A stretch of DNA of 64,000 bases from Corallochytrium limacisporum Hawaii. Taxonomy: Eukaryota > Protista > Pluriformea. How positions within the stretch are numbered: the first letter of the stretch is position 1; each line of letters starts with the position of its first letter. The notes beneath the pieces were generated by a model that worked only from the letters and a program-made list of their open reading frames with translations, searched no databases and had not been told where the DNA came from. This document shows positions 1-11,300 of the stretch, in pieces. The position numbers and the translations under genes are program-made. Location: assembly GCA_002811645.1 (NCBI GenBank), contig PDIP01000001.1, forward strand, positions 202,686 through 266,685. The letters run 5' to 3'.

Positions 1-1094
1 TTAGAAAGAACACAAACAAGGGTGTCACCCCTTTGCGCAGAGAATTTTTCTAAGGTTCAAAAGTAGGGAAAATGTCTGGCACAGCGTGCGTCTGTGTCTT
101 TTCCTTTTTCATGTTTCCAAAGCCCGGACAACAAACTCAAAACACATGATTTCCAATTTCACCGCCCCGAGTCCGCATTTTGTAATACATAATCCATATT
201 TATGACCTGATCGACATAGAAGGATATTAAATAGTCACGGATCGGGGTAAACAGCAGTGTGTGGTGTGAACACGTCCCCGTTGGTCCGCTTTCAATCCTA
301 CTCCCGGGACTCTTGGTTTCCCACTTCTCTCCATACCGACTGTTCCTATTTCCTTCGTGAAGTGGATCCAGCGAGTCAAGTCCTAAAACCTCCGGTCACA
401 CCGCAAATCACCTCATCCTTCACAAATTTTTTAGAATGCCTGCTGCTGCGGCCACCCACAAATTGTACACACAAATCCCGGAGAGGAACACAAATCGTTC
501 CATTTGTTCAGTAGTACACCAGAGTAGAAAGTGATAAGGTATTCACCATTGAGTAAGCACGAACTGATAATGCCGAAAAGGACCCCACACCCTTTCTTCA
601 ATTCTGCGAACACACACGGACGGTGACTCCATGTGTGTGTTTGGTGTGTGCGGTCAGACATTGACGCTTCTATGAGCAGGGAGAGGTCACGCCAATGTAC
701 ACACCTCTCTTCCTTGTTGTCCACGGAACGATTTTCTAACATTCAGTATCGTAAACCCCGAGAAAGGTTTAGAAAGAAACTTGGGGCTGAGGCCACAACC
801 CAGTCCGCGGGGGCGTATCATACTGCGTCTTTTTACATAGTCTTAGTACGGTAGTTTCCTTTCTGACTTTTGTTTTGTCTCGTTCCCATCTCGTTCTCGT
901 CCCTCAGCCACATTCATCAACAAGCCAAACATGCCATTGGGATAAACTGGTAGCAGCTGTTGAACCGTGTATAAATAGCGTAGTCGCCCTGGGGCGTCAG
1001 TCTCAATATTTTAAATCGATGACCTATCTTTCACGGGTTTCCGATCTTTCTGTACGCTAAATTTGGGACGGCGACTGGTGGTGGGGAGAGTGGG

Positions 1095-1328
1095 GAATTG
1101 TTCGCCGGTATGGCTCGACGATTGAATTACAAGGGGCATTCTCTGGGCCTCTTGGAACTCACGGCGTGAAAACCAGAACCGAAAGGCACCCCGCTTTGGC
1201 TCCCGAAATCTACCGTTCCAAAGCAGGGGAGGTCGCTGGTTACGCTCTGCCAGAGCAAGAACGAAGGAGCGATGGTTCCAAAAAAAAAAGTTGATCGCTC
1301 CGTTCGTGGAAAGGTCACCGAAACGACC
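1095..1328 (-). ncRNA. Candidate structured RNA of unknown class
   Basis: Series of hairpins (1189-1229, 1261-1307, 1313-1328); G-U pairs and a UUCG loop on the minus strand. Confidence 0.35.
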
Positions 1329-1500
1329 GTTGGTGGTGGTTGTTATCCATCCTAAACACCGGGAGACAAGGCTCAACGAAAACACTTTTACCAGGTTCCA
1401 GTTAACTCGTATGATACACGGGGCTTAGTGGAGATGTGGGGAGGGGGGGGGGTTTACAGCACTTAGGCGTCACCGCGGGGAGAGACCCCGGGGGGGGGGT

Positions 1501-1504
<4 letters not shown>

Positions 1505-1532
<28 letters not shown>
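1505..1532. repeat. (TG)n microsatellite flanked by G-runs
   Basis: Seen directly. Confidence 0.95.
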
Positions 1533-1536
<4 letters not shown>

Positions 1537-2229
1537 GTGGCGTGTGCTGGGGGGGGAGGGGGTTTGCCTAGTCGGCGTGCGGCGACTTTTTTTCACTGGA
1601 CCCCGGTGTCAAAAGATTCAGAAAAAAGAGAGAACCATTCGCGGCCATTGTCAGATGTGGAAACCGGGAGTGGTGTGTTGCATTTTATCTTTGTTGGTCG
1701 GCTCAGTCCGCACTTGACATTTTCGGCAATTCGTATTGAATGAGTGGTGAAAAACTACTGACTCCAACGGCGGCAGAGCAATTTCTGTGGTATTGCTCCG
1801 TCGAGGAATGCGGAAGCAAGGAAGAGGAAGACACGGGGGGAAGGGGGGGGAAGGGGGAAAGGGATTGTAACAGTGCTGAGCAGAAGTGAAGAAGGGGGAT
1901 ATTCTTTTGACAAGTGGTGGTTTACCTTCCCCTCATATTTCTATTAAATTATATGGGGTCCGGCACGCAGTTTTTTCTGGACTCGGTACGGCCCTCCTCC
2001 TCTTGAGCTGCGTGATCGTCAATCGCTTCTCTGTTCTTTCGGTGTTTAGAATGCTCTGCCAACCTTTTCCCCTTGGGATATCCTCGATACAGTTACGGAA
2101 TAGCACATGGCTGGTTTGAAGATGCGTTCCTTAACCTACTTCATGGTCGTCACCATCCCAAATACAAGGAATGAATCATTCATCGTTAGAGCCGTAGTTT
2201 TGAACCAGTACTCTCAACCAAAATATACA

Positions 2230-3480
2230 ATGGCCCAAGCAATTTCTTTACACGAACAGGCAATTTTGGCCGCGCAGCCTATTCTGCCTCCTCATGCGCG
2301 GGAAGATTCGCCAATTCACTCACACAATGAAGACAGCGAAAATGATATAGAACCGGGAATGTCAAGTGCTAGCTCGGACAATGAAGACGCAACTATTGTT
2401 GACGAGGACCAGTCAGGCGATCAGTCCCCGCCCCCAATGCCGCGTAGGATGTCCAGTTTTATGAAGAGACTCCTGCCTCGAAAGCCTTCTACACAGAAAA
2501 TTCCTCCTCAGGTGGTCACGGGAACAAAGTACGACCCCAAAGATCCTTACAGACTTAGCCAGGCGGGTATGCTGCAATACGCTGAAGTGCCTCGCCCTTC
2601 CAATAGTGCTCAACGAGATGATAGACCCATCATGGTTCAGATGGAAAGTGTTGTACATACACAGATGAGCTTTAGCCGGTGTATATTTATGGAGCATGTT
2701 GTCGCAACACCACGTGGAATCACTCAGGGAACACTTCGTTGCGATATTCATGAAGGTCAAGGAGAAGTGACCCTCAACCTCAGCTCTAAGGGCAAGATCC
2801 CCCTTGGTCATAGCCGGAGCTGTCCGGCAGAGCGCACCTGCGCGCACGGCCTGACTCTGCCGGCAGAGTACCGCCGCCGTCCAGTTAGCCTTGCGGTCTG
2901 CTGTATTGTAGAGAGTGCCGACGGTGCCATCCTCCTAACCCGTCGCGCCAAGAACATGCGTGCCTTCCCCCATGCTTGGGTGCCCCCGGGTGGCCATGTT
3001 GACAAGGGCGAGACCCTGGTTGATGCCATGGAGCGAGAAGTGCTGGAAGAGACTGGCATTGATTTGGCCCAGGATCGTTCCATCAAACCGACGATGCTTG
3101 GTGTTTGGGAGTCTTTGTACCCCGTGAAGCTGTGCGAAGGCCTGCCCTCCAAGCACCACTTGGTGGTCTATTACCACGTAAAGCTGTCGCAAAAGCGCAA
3201 GAAGATCGCCCTGAAGCTGTCTCCCAACGAGACTGATGCTGCTGCCTGGCTAGATGCTGGGTGCATTCAGGATGTTATCCAAAACAAGAGGACTTCTAAG
3301 CGATCTTGCAATGGATACCTGGTCGACCCACCTCCCTCCGCCCTGCAGGTCAAGGCCAAGTTCTACACCGGAAATTTATTAGGTGGCGTCAGCCGCTACA
3401 ACTCCCTTGCCAACACACAGCATGTCACCGAGGGCACACGCTTTGCTATTCGGCTCTGGTTGGAAAGTAACAACGCTTAG
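2230..3480 (+). CDS. NUDT17: Nudix hydrolase, NUDT17-like, with disordered N-terminal extension
   Basis: Nudix box GGHVDKGETLVDAMEREVLEETG plus NUDT17-type flanks LLTRRAKNMRAFPHAWVPPGG, LGVWESLYP..LPSKHHLVVY and GTRFAIRLWL. ATG 2230 (ataca-ATG) preferred over the ORF start at 2107. Confidence 0.88.
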   Translation: MAQAISLHEQAILAAQPILPPHAREDSPIHSHNEDSENDIEPGMSSASSDNEDATIVDEDQSGDQSPPPMPRRMSSFMKRLLPRKPSTQKIPPQVVTGTKYDPKDPYRLSQAGMLQYAEVPRPSNSAQRDDRPIMVQMESVVHTQMSFSRCIFMEHVVATPRGITQGTLRCDIHEGQGEVTLNLSSKGKIPLGHSRSCPAERTCAHGLTLPAEYRRRPVSLAVCCIVESADGAILLTRRAKNMRAFPHAWVPPGGHVDKGETLVDAMEREVLEETGIDLAQDRSIKPTMLGVWESLYPVKLCEGLPSKHHLVVYYHVKLSQKRKKIALKLSPNETDAAAWLDAGCIQDVIQNKRTSKRSCNGYLVDPPPSALQVKAKFYTGNLLGGVSRYNSLANTQHVTEGTRFAIRLWLESNNA

Positions 3481-3680
3481 AGGAGACAGGAACTAGGACC
3501 CTGTCCATTAACATAATCACTCCGTTGTGGTTGCATCACGTTCATAATACAACATATATTCTTACAATGCCGACTAACGCTAAACAAAATAAACACCATA
3601 GAAAATAGTCAATATCAAGGCGGAAATCCACGAGGACACATCTTCGCTTGTGACGACTTGGAATCGAGTGCTGTGGACAC

Positions 3681-5612
3681 TTACCACTCATCATGAATGC
3701 AAATCTGAAGACCACCGTTCAAGGAACGAATCTCGGACAGCTGTCGTGCAGCTTCATCTGTGATAGCCAACATCAAGCTCGGAGGCAGCTCATTGAGTCT
3801 ACCATCGTGGCGCATAGTGGCGTAGTTATCCAAGATGAAGGAAATACATGCATTCTGCAGTTGGTATGCTCCATGCATGTCTGCTGCAACAAGCAACTCG
3901 ACAACTGTGTCAGCGTTGATTTCTTTCGACAGCCTTTCCTCCAACATTTCAGTGAGCCTATTTACAGCATAGTAGTTAGACATACCCAAGAGCAGGATCA
4001 TTTTGTCCGCGTCGAGGCCCACTGGCATGCTATCCTTGTACATGAAGTCAATAAAGGCCCTGGCCAACATGGCATCCGCCCCCGGATAATCAAGGACAAT
4101 TTTGGAATCATTGGCGTCCATCATTCCGCTATCAAACCGCGCTCGCATCATAGGACAGCGGCGACGGAGAATAGAACGGTGGCACTTTGCCAAGGGCATC
4201 TCACCTCCTGCAAGGAAAATCTCACAATCCTCGAGCTCCCTGGAAGCGTCTGTCAAATCCTTCTGCTCCAAGGCTGTCAGCGGTGGTGTAACATGGATGC
4301 GACTGAAGTACAGGCGCTCGAGCTCAAATCGAGCATGCATGGTCATTGCGCTGTCTGGCGGTACAAGGTCCCCGTATCGAACGTTGGAGATGACTTTGGT
4401 TTCATAGCTGTGTGATGGCAGGCCAGTACGCATCCTGTTCCACCATGCAATAAATTCCTCTCGGCGTTTCTGTTCCCGCGGATGCCGCACAGCATCATCC
4501 TCTTCCCAGTTGTCCTCTACATCTGTTGAACTTACGGAAATACCCCGCATGCGATTGACATTTTCGCAGTCGTCACCATTTGAAGACGGGCTGGGAACCT
4601 TAAGTTTCCGCTTGCGGAATCCTGTTGAGCATTCAGCCATGTCATCTCCACCTTGTGGTGGTGACCCGACAGAAGCGATGGACGCTGTAGAGTATGTCTC
4701 ACTTCTCTTTAGAGCCAGACCATTGCTTCCTTTCCGTGCCTTGTGGCCCCACGGACTGCTAAACTGTAGAGTTCCATCCTTCCGAGTGCATTTTAAAAGT
4801 TCTGATCCACAAGGAAACACCGCTGTACCTCCCTCAGCCAGCAGAATCATGATGGGGCCAATCATCTCGTCAGTGATGGCGGCACTAACATGAATCTTGT
4901 CAAACATTCCGTCATCAGCAAAATCAAACGTCGGCAGGAGAACATTGTGCAGTCCAATCGACCATCTTGCGGTCGGCAGCAGCTTCCCCAGTGTAGCCCG
5001 TACATTACGACGTCCAAAAGACACAATATCCTGTTGAATGTCAATGCCAACGCAGATTCCCCTGCCTTTACGGGAAGATACAATGTCCGAATCGGCATCG
5101 TATTCATAGCAGGCGAGCCAGCTTCCAAGTGCAGTGAAGTAGCCACACCCACTACCTACGTCCAGGACGCGATCGCCGTATTCAATGTTAAGCTCTTCCA
5201 GAACAGTCGCGTACATGTGAGGTGCTGAAATGTTGAAGTTGTACCGCGGTAAATGGATGGGGCAATCGTAAAATGCTTCACCCTTCTGGTCTTCCGGTAC
5301 AAAATCCCCTCGAGACAGCCGTGACATTGCGTTCTGCACTCGCGTTGAATGAAGTGCACGGCGCATCCTCAGCTGCTCTAACAGTTCCTGATTTGTGTGG
5401 ATCTCCGTCGATGCGCCGACACTTATGAAAGCTGACATTAACCGGATGAATTGTGTATCAAAATGCATGCGCCGGGCCTGCTGGGGAAGGCCTTCCATGT
5501 CATCATCTTCATCGCTGCTACTTCTGTTCTCTGCCCGCAAGGGAGTGCTTTCTTCGGCTCTGTCCTGCTCGTCTAGATGTTGTTGCTGCTGCTGCTGTTC
5601 ATGCTCACTCAT
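3681..5612 (-). CDS. Protein-L-isoaspartate O-methyltransferase (PCMT/PCMTD-like) domain fused to C-terminal BTB/POZ-BACK domain
   Basis: PIMT motifs NISAPHMYA, VLDVGSGCGY, CVGID, FDKIHVSA, LAEGGTAVFP and VRYGDL. BTB: CHRSILRRRCPMMRARFDSGMMDA...AFIDFMYKD...LVAADMHGAYQLQNACISFI. First ATG at 5612. Confidence 0.85.
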   Translation of the reverse strand: MSEHEQQQQQQHLDEQDRAEESTPLRAENRSSSDEDDDMEGLPQQARRMHFDTQFIRLMSAFISVGASTEIHTNQELLEQLRMRRALHSTRVQNAMSRLSRGDFVPEDQKGEAFYDCPIHLPRYNFNISAPHMYATVLEELNIEYGDRVLDVGSGCGYFTALGSWLACYEYDADSDIVSSRKGRGICVGIDIQQDIVSFGRRNVRATLGKLLPTARWSIGLHNVLLPTFDFADDGMFDKIHVSAAITDEMIGPIMILLAEGGTAVFPCGSELLKCTRKDGTLQFSSPWGHKARKGSNGLALKRSETYSTASIASVGSPPQGGDDMAECSTGFRKRKLKVPSPSSNGDDCENVNRMRGISVSSTDVEDNWEEDDAVRHPREQKRREEFIAWWNRMRTGLPSHSYETKVISNVRYGDLVPPDSAMTMHARFELERLYFSRIHVTPPLTALEQKDLTDASRELEDCEIFLAGGEMPLAKCHRSILRRRCPMMRARFDSGMMDANDSKIVLDYPGADAMLARAFIDFMYKDSMPVGLDADKMILLLGMSNYYAVNRLTEMLEERLSKEINADTVVELLVAADMHGAYQLQNACISFILDNYATMRHDGRLNELPPSLMLAITDEAARQLSEIRSLNGGLQICIHDEW

Positions 5613-6254
5613 TGTGTCTATAAAGATATTCACCCCTCTAGAGGGTTATTTGCTAATGTCTCTCTGTTTCTGTTCCCAAGGACCTTCTAGATTTCAGGCA
5701 TACGGTTTCCAGCTATAGTTATACTTGCCACCTAATTTACTCGATCCCTGACCATAAACCTTTGATTTCGTCGTGTCAGTGGCATTCTTCTACCTTATGA
5801 CACACCTGGTCGTCACATCCATTCAACATACTGTATCCGTGTCTTCTTAGTTGGTGCCTTGGAATGCAAATCAGCCAGCGACGTGCGAGGAGATCTTTTG
5901 TTGACATTTTTCGAACTCGCCTACGACACCCGCTCTGGCTCGCTCTCGGCCTATCGGGGCTGGGCCTGGCTGGCGGCTGAGAAACGCAGTCCGCAAAAAA
6001 CTGTGGTTCTTGTGTACGGGAACACCCGCCCCCTCCCCTGCGGGCCGGTCTGGCTCTTTGGCTGGCTGGCTAACCCACCTCTTCATTCCCTGTAGGGGAT
6101 CTCCAACCCGACTTCTCCCCTTCCCTACCGGCGCCTTGTATCCTTTTGTTTTTGCTGAGCCACCGCTCCCTTGTCAGCGTAACGACGGGTGGAATCGTCG
6201 TCTGTGGTTCGGAAGTCGAAGCGGGAGGGGGGAAATTGAACGACAGAGATTTCT

Positions 6255-6259
<5 letters not shown>

Positions 6260-6291
<32 letters not shown>
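6260..6291. repeat. (GA)n microsatellite in divergent promoter island
   Basis: Seen directly. Confidence 0.95.
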
Positions 6292-6297
<6 letters not shown>

Positions 6298-7403
6298 GAG
6301 TGGGGTGGGTGTGTTTGATAAAGGCTACGGCACGGTACCCAAGGACAGAAACGTAAGCCGTCCGTCCTTCTCTCTTCCCCCGCCTCTCTCTCTCTCTCTG
6401 TGGGGCGGTCCACCCCATTCACCCCATAATCAACGGCGCAAGAAACCCACCAACCATTGCGGGGTGATCATGGCGGCTCCGGCACCCGCACATAACACCC
6501 ACACGAACATTTCTGGCCCCTGTTAGAAAAAAGAAAAGGAGAAAGAAAAAAAAAGCGGGTCTCTTTTCTTGGTATGGGGAAACAAGGGGAGACGGGGGAG
6601 CTCCGTCGCGGAAGGGGAGAGGCCCCAGCGGGGAGCGGCTGCAAAGTCGGGAAAGAAAGAGTTTCTTAGCCGACGGGCAGAGAAAAAGGTAGAGTCTCTC
6701 TCTCTCTCTCTTGGCCGAAGGTTAAAATTGGTCGCCCGTTCGCTTTTGAGTTTTACTCCATACGCAAACCTAGCGCGAGATTTTTCATTCGTCCTTCTTG
6801 CCAAAACCGCCCAAATCAATGACACCTCACCCGCATTTTTAAGTCCTTCCTTTAAAATCAATATTATTGATATACATGAACGGTGCGTAATGGCCGGGAG
6901 ATTTTTTGGTCCCCCAACGCCAAAAAAGAAGGAGAAATCGCCGTTTTGGTCCGAACGCATATCGAGGAAAGGGTGGCTGTAAAGGAAAGAGAGCTTCACT
7001 GCCCAGGGCCTTCTCCCGCCCATCCCTTCCCCCCCCCCGGTGCCCAGGGGAGAACTTTCTGTTTGACTCTTTGGCCCCGTCGGAAACCTCAGTGTGTGCG
7101 GCAGTGAAAAGGGGCCGAGACGGGTGGGGGTGGGGTCTGGCGGCCAAGTCCACGACCGGTGGTGCAAGCGATCAGCAGTCGGAGGGGAGAGAGGGGCTCT
7201 GAAATTCTTTTGTTTGTAACGATGGATCGATGGTGAGGGGGGCCAGGGGAGGTCCAGACACCGGAAAAGGTGTTCGCTGCCGCAACCTACCTTGGCACAA
7301 TGCTGGTACTTGCCACGGCAATGTTCACATTGCGTATACATGCCTTCACTAGCATTTACTGAAGACAAGCAGTGGCCTGATATACGTAGTCACAAAGAAA
7401 AGA

Positions 7404-8273
7404 ATGGGCAGATCGTTCAACATGTTTACCGCGCTCGCGGTCTCGGTCGTTGTTGCCATCGCTGCACTGTCAGCGGTCTCCGGTAGTGAAAGCTTGCGTT
7501 ACTTCACCGCTTCGGTGATCGGCATGGTTTTGATCTATGTGAAAACGATCCAGGAATGGTATGCGATTGATCTCTCCGACTATAAAAATATTTATCCAAC
7601 GGACAAGAAGCTGAAACCCGTCTCGGCCAGGGGCGATGGTGACTTTTTTGTTAATTGGTTCGAGCGGTTCCTTCGCCCCGTTCATGGCGCCCTGATCAAG
7701 AGGATGGATCTTAAGGAAACAGACAATGTGCTTGATGCTTGCTGTGGAGCGGGAGGCTGCAGTTTGCGGGTGATAAGCAAGGTCAAGAGCGTGACAGGCG
7801 TGGATTTGAGCCCGAGGAGCATTGAAGCGGCGAAGAAGCGCATTGCAGGGAGTGAAGAAACCACAACCAAGGGAAATGAGACAGCCTTGAAATTCATATG
7901 CCAAGACGCTGCTTTTCTGTCGGAATTCAAGGATGGTCACTTTGATGTCTCGTACACGTCGATGGGCATGCACACCATGCCCCCGAGCACCCGGGTTAAG
8001 TTTCTTCGTGAACTCTGCAGAGTCACAAAGCGAAGTATCTATGTCATCGATTTCACAAAGGATGTGACACCCCTCTCGCTGGCTGGGCTACAGGCCTGCT
8101 TTTTGGAGTTCCTTGGCGGTCCGCAACATTTCGCTGGCTTTCTGAGCTTCCGCGACCTCGGCGGTGTAGAGAACCTGGGAACCATTGTGGAAGATGAGAC
8201 CGACTGGAAATTGAAGAAAGTGTACTCAACTAAGGTCCAGGTCGTAAGCGTCGCCGAATTGTGCAAAGCATAG
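7404..8273 (+). CDS. Class I SAM-dependent methyltransferase (UbiE/Methyltransf_25-like) with N-terminal hydrophobic segments
   Basis: Motif I VLDACCGAGG, post-I VTGVDLS, FDVSYTSMGMH and FLRELCRV; two hydrophobic stretches in the first 50 aa. Confidence 0.8.
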   Translation: MGRSFNMFTALAVSVVVAIAALSAVSGSESLRYFTASVIGMVLIYVKTIQEWYAIDLSDYKNIYPTDKKLKPVSARGDGDFFVNWFERFLRPVHGALIKRMDLKETDNVLDACCGAGGCSLRVISKVKSVTGVDLSPRSIEAAKKRIAGSEETTTKGNETALKFICQDAAFLSEFKDGHFDVSYTSMGMHTMPPSTRVKFLRELCRVTKRSIYVIDFTKDVTPLSLAGLQACFLEFLGGPQHFAGFLSFRDLGGVENLGTIVEDETDWKLKKVYSTKVQVVSVAELCKA

Positions 8274-8365
8274 TTTTACATTAACAGATAAACATAGAAA
8301 TTGCAGGACAGATGAGTTAGTGCTTCAGTTGTTTTTTAATTTTGTCTGGGTCACCAGAATAGTCT

Positions 8366-11300
8366 TCAGAACTTCATTGCAATGGTGATCAAGGATTTGA
8401 TTCCAGTTAGCGAGCTCTTAAACTTGTGCAGATTCATCTGGGTTGTGATCTGACCCGTGTATCTGTATGCAGTCTGGAGATCGTTGGCCTGGATATACTG
8501 GATGAGCTGTGTTAACATGCCCATCTCAGCATCCGTAATGTTATCCTCCCGCATGAGATCAAACATGGGCTGCAGCTTGCTCTCGACATCCTGAAGTTTG
8601 CGGGTGATGGTGGAATCATTCTTGGCCTTACCGCGGTCAATCAGACCCTGTAAAACGTCATGGATCGGCTTAAACTTTTCCAAGATTGGTTTCGGTGGTG
8701 CAGGCGGCTGAGCAGGCGGCTGCGGTGCCACGGGCTGAGCAGGACCGCCAGGAGGTGCTCCGGCCACAGCACCGGGGGGTTGCTGACCGTATTGAGCGAC
8801 GGAACCAGTACCGTAGGAAGCCGCACCAGGCATCGGTGGAGTACCATAGCCAGCACCGGGAGCTGGAGCGGTCTGTCCCGGGTAACCCGGAGCAGGTGCA
8901 CCACCTACGGGTGGGGCGACGGGCGACATGATGGCGGCTGCCTGTGGGCGGTGCGACTGGGACGCCTTCTTCTTGCGTTCAATAATGGGTGGCTCGTTCC
9001 AACCTCCCGTGCCTGCTGGGTTTGTCGGTTGAGACAAGCTGCCACCACCTGCAGCAGGTGGGTGTGGAGCGGCGGACGGCGGTGGGGCACCCGCCACGGC
9101 TGGAGGCGGACCAGAGGGCGGTGGTGCGCTAGCAGTCGGCGGTGCTGCAGGTTGCAGGATGTTGGCTGTCGGGGGAGCGGGCTGGCTGTACGATGAAGCT
9201 TGTTGGAAGTGAGCCGGAACAGCCGGAGCACCGCCAAAGGCCGGGGGAGGCGCAGTTTGGGTCGGAGGAGCACCGTAGGTCGGCGGGCCACCCATGGCCG
9301 GAGGCGGAGCAGCACCGCCCATGGCCGGCGGAGGTGCTCCGTAGCTGGGCCTTGAAGGAGGCTGTTGTCCATACTGTCCATAGGAAGTCTGCTGCTGGCC
9401 GAAGCCTCCATAGCCAGTCTGCTGTGGCTGCTGATATCCCGTTGATGTACGTGATTGTTGACCATACCCACCAGTTTGTTGCTGCTGCCCGTACTGTGCA
9501 GTCTGGGCCTGAGCCACTGGTGCATTCTGTACTGTATATGGAGCCTCCGGAGGTCCTCCCACCATCTGTTGCAATTGAGGCTTGAGTGCATGGTAGATGC
9601 GATCCCGGATGTTACCAAGGTGGTGATTCTGCTCCACCGGCACCGGTCCACATAGCTTAATTTGCTGCATGGCCTCCAGAAGCATGCCTTGGTCAGTCAA
9701 GGTTTCCGCATACCGGATGATATGCTCGACAGCCTCCGTGCTGGTAATGGTTACTTGATCAGAACGCACAGCATTTACCGCACCCGCCAGCACATTAACC
9801 TTCTCCATCAATGAGTGTATGTCCTCGACAGACGGCTTTGGTGGCATCAGACGCAGAAGCATACGCAGCATGCCATCTAGGTTACCACCTGCAATGTAGA
9901 TCAAGGCTGCGTCCACGCTCTCGTTGGCTTCCTCCAGACGCTCAGCAAGCATTATGCAAAGGTTGCTGAATTCTTCAGCCGATCCGTAGGTCACGAGCAT
10001 GGCAAAGGTTTCACGCCAATTCTCAAGCTTCGAGAACTGCACAAGGTCACCCCAGTTCCCAGTTAGGACCAATCCCAGCACTGTGGCGAAATCGGTGCTG
10101 CAGCTTCCAAGATATGCATCTCGTGCACGATTCAATAGCTCAGGACCACCGGCCATCGCCAGGATAAGGGCATCAGCGTGTCGACCGGCCGCAATTGACA
10201 GGGAAACGGCAGTCTGGAAGTCACCTGCAATCAGAGCGCGTAGGATCGGTCCGGTGTCGCCGTCGTGGAGAGCAATGCCAAAGCTTGAAGTAATGGCAGG
10301 CAAATGACTGCCGTTCGCACCGGTTGCAACCTGTTTGCCAATACTGGCGAACACGTCACCATCAGCACCATCTGCTCCCGGCGAAGGACCAGTTCCATTC
10401 ATTTGTGTTCCCGTCTGTTCTTCGCCAGTAAGGTCGGCGGTTGAAGCACTCTGCTGGACTGGCTTTTGTGCAATGTTCAGTTCGCTCTGCATGCGGTTAG
10501 CCAGAGCATCACCTTCCAATGCCGCTTCCTTAACCTTACGATACGCCATGGAATCCGTAGAGTAGCCCATTAGCTCCAGCTGCGATTTCCTGGGCTGTGC
10601 ATCGAAATTAACTTTCAAGAAACCCCATAACAGCCTCTCACTGTCAGAGTCAGCAGCACGCAGACGGCTGTCGCACAGACTACCGAAGTCCTGGGACTGT
10701 TGAGACAACTCGACAGCCTTGGAAACGAGTTCCTGTTCCGTGACGGTCTGCTGGACCTTGATCTGACCACCAGTTGGCTGCGAAAATTCATATAGCTTGC
10801 CACCAAAACCAAATACAGCACCACAAGGGCGTTTCAACCACTTTGGCGGTTTCACCTTGGGAGCAGCAGTAGGCTGCTGACCGTACTGTCCCTGTGCCTG
10901 GGCGTCACTGGCACCTCCGCTGGCTTCGAGAATGTCTCCTACACGAACAGTGCCGTCGAAGCTACCGCAACTAAATATCGACGGGTTGCTTGGACACCAG
11001 TTCACATCGAAACACCAGTTCTTGGCCTGAGGGAGTTCTTCGGTCATTTCAGCCGTGTTCGGATTCCACAGCAGAAGGCGATTATCCTTACCACAACTGA
11101 GTAGCATATCGGAATCCGCGGGGTTCCATGCAAGGTCCAGAACTCCGCTCTGGTGTCCCTGCATGGTCCGCAGCGGGCTGTAGGCATTGCGCAATTCCCA
11201 TATCTGAATGACAGGATGACGGTCATCCTCGCTTGCAGTGGCCAGTTGAGTCGCTTCATCAGGGTGCCACTGCAGAGCGCTATTACGCATCCGTGCATTG

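Noticed and set aside
1414-1427. ATACACGGGGCTTA resembling RNase MRP CR-V
   Set aside because: No matching CR-I (GAAAGTCCCC) upstream, and the nearby hairpins favour the opposite strand.
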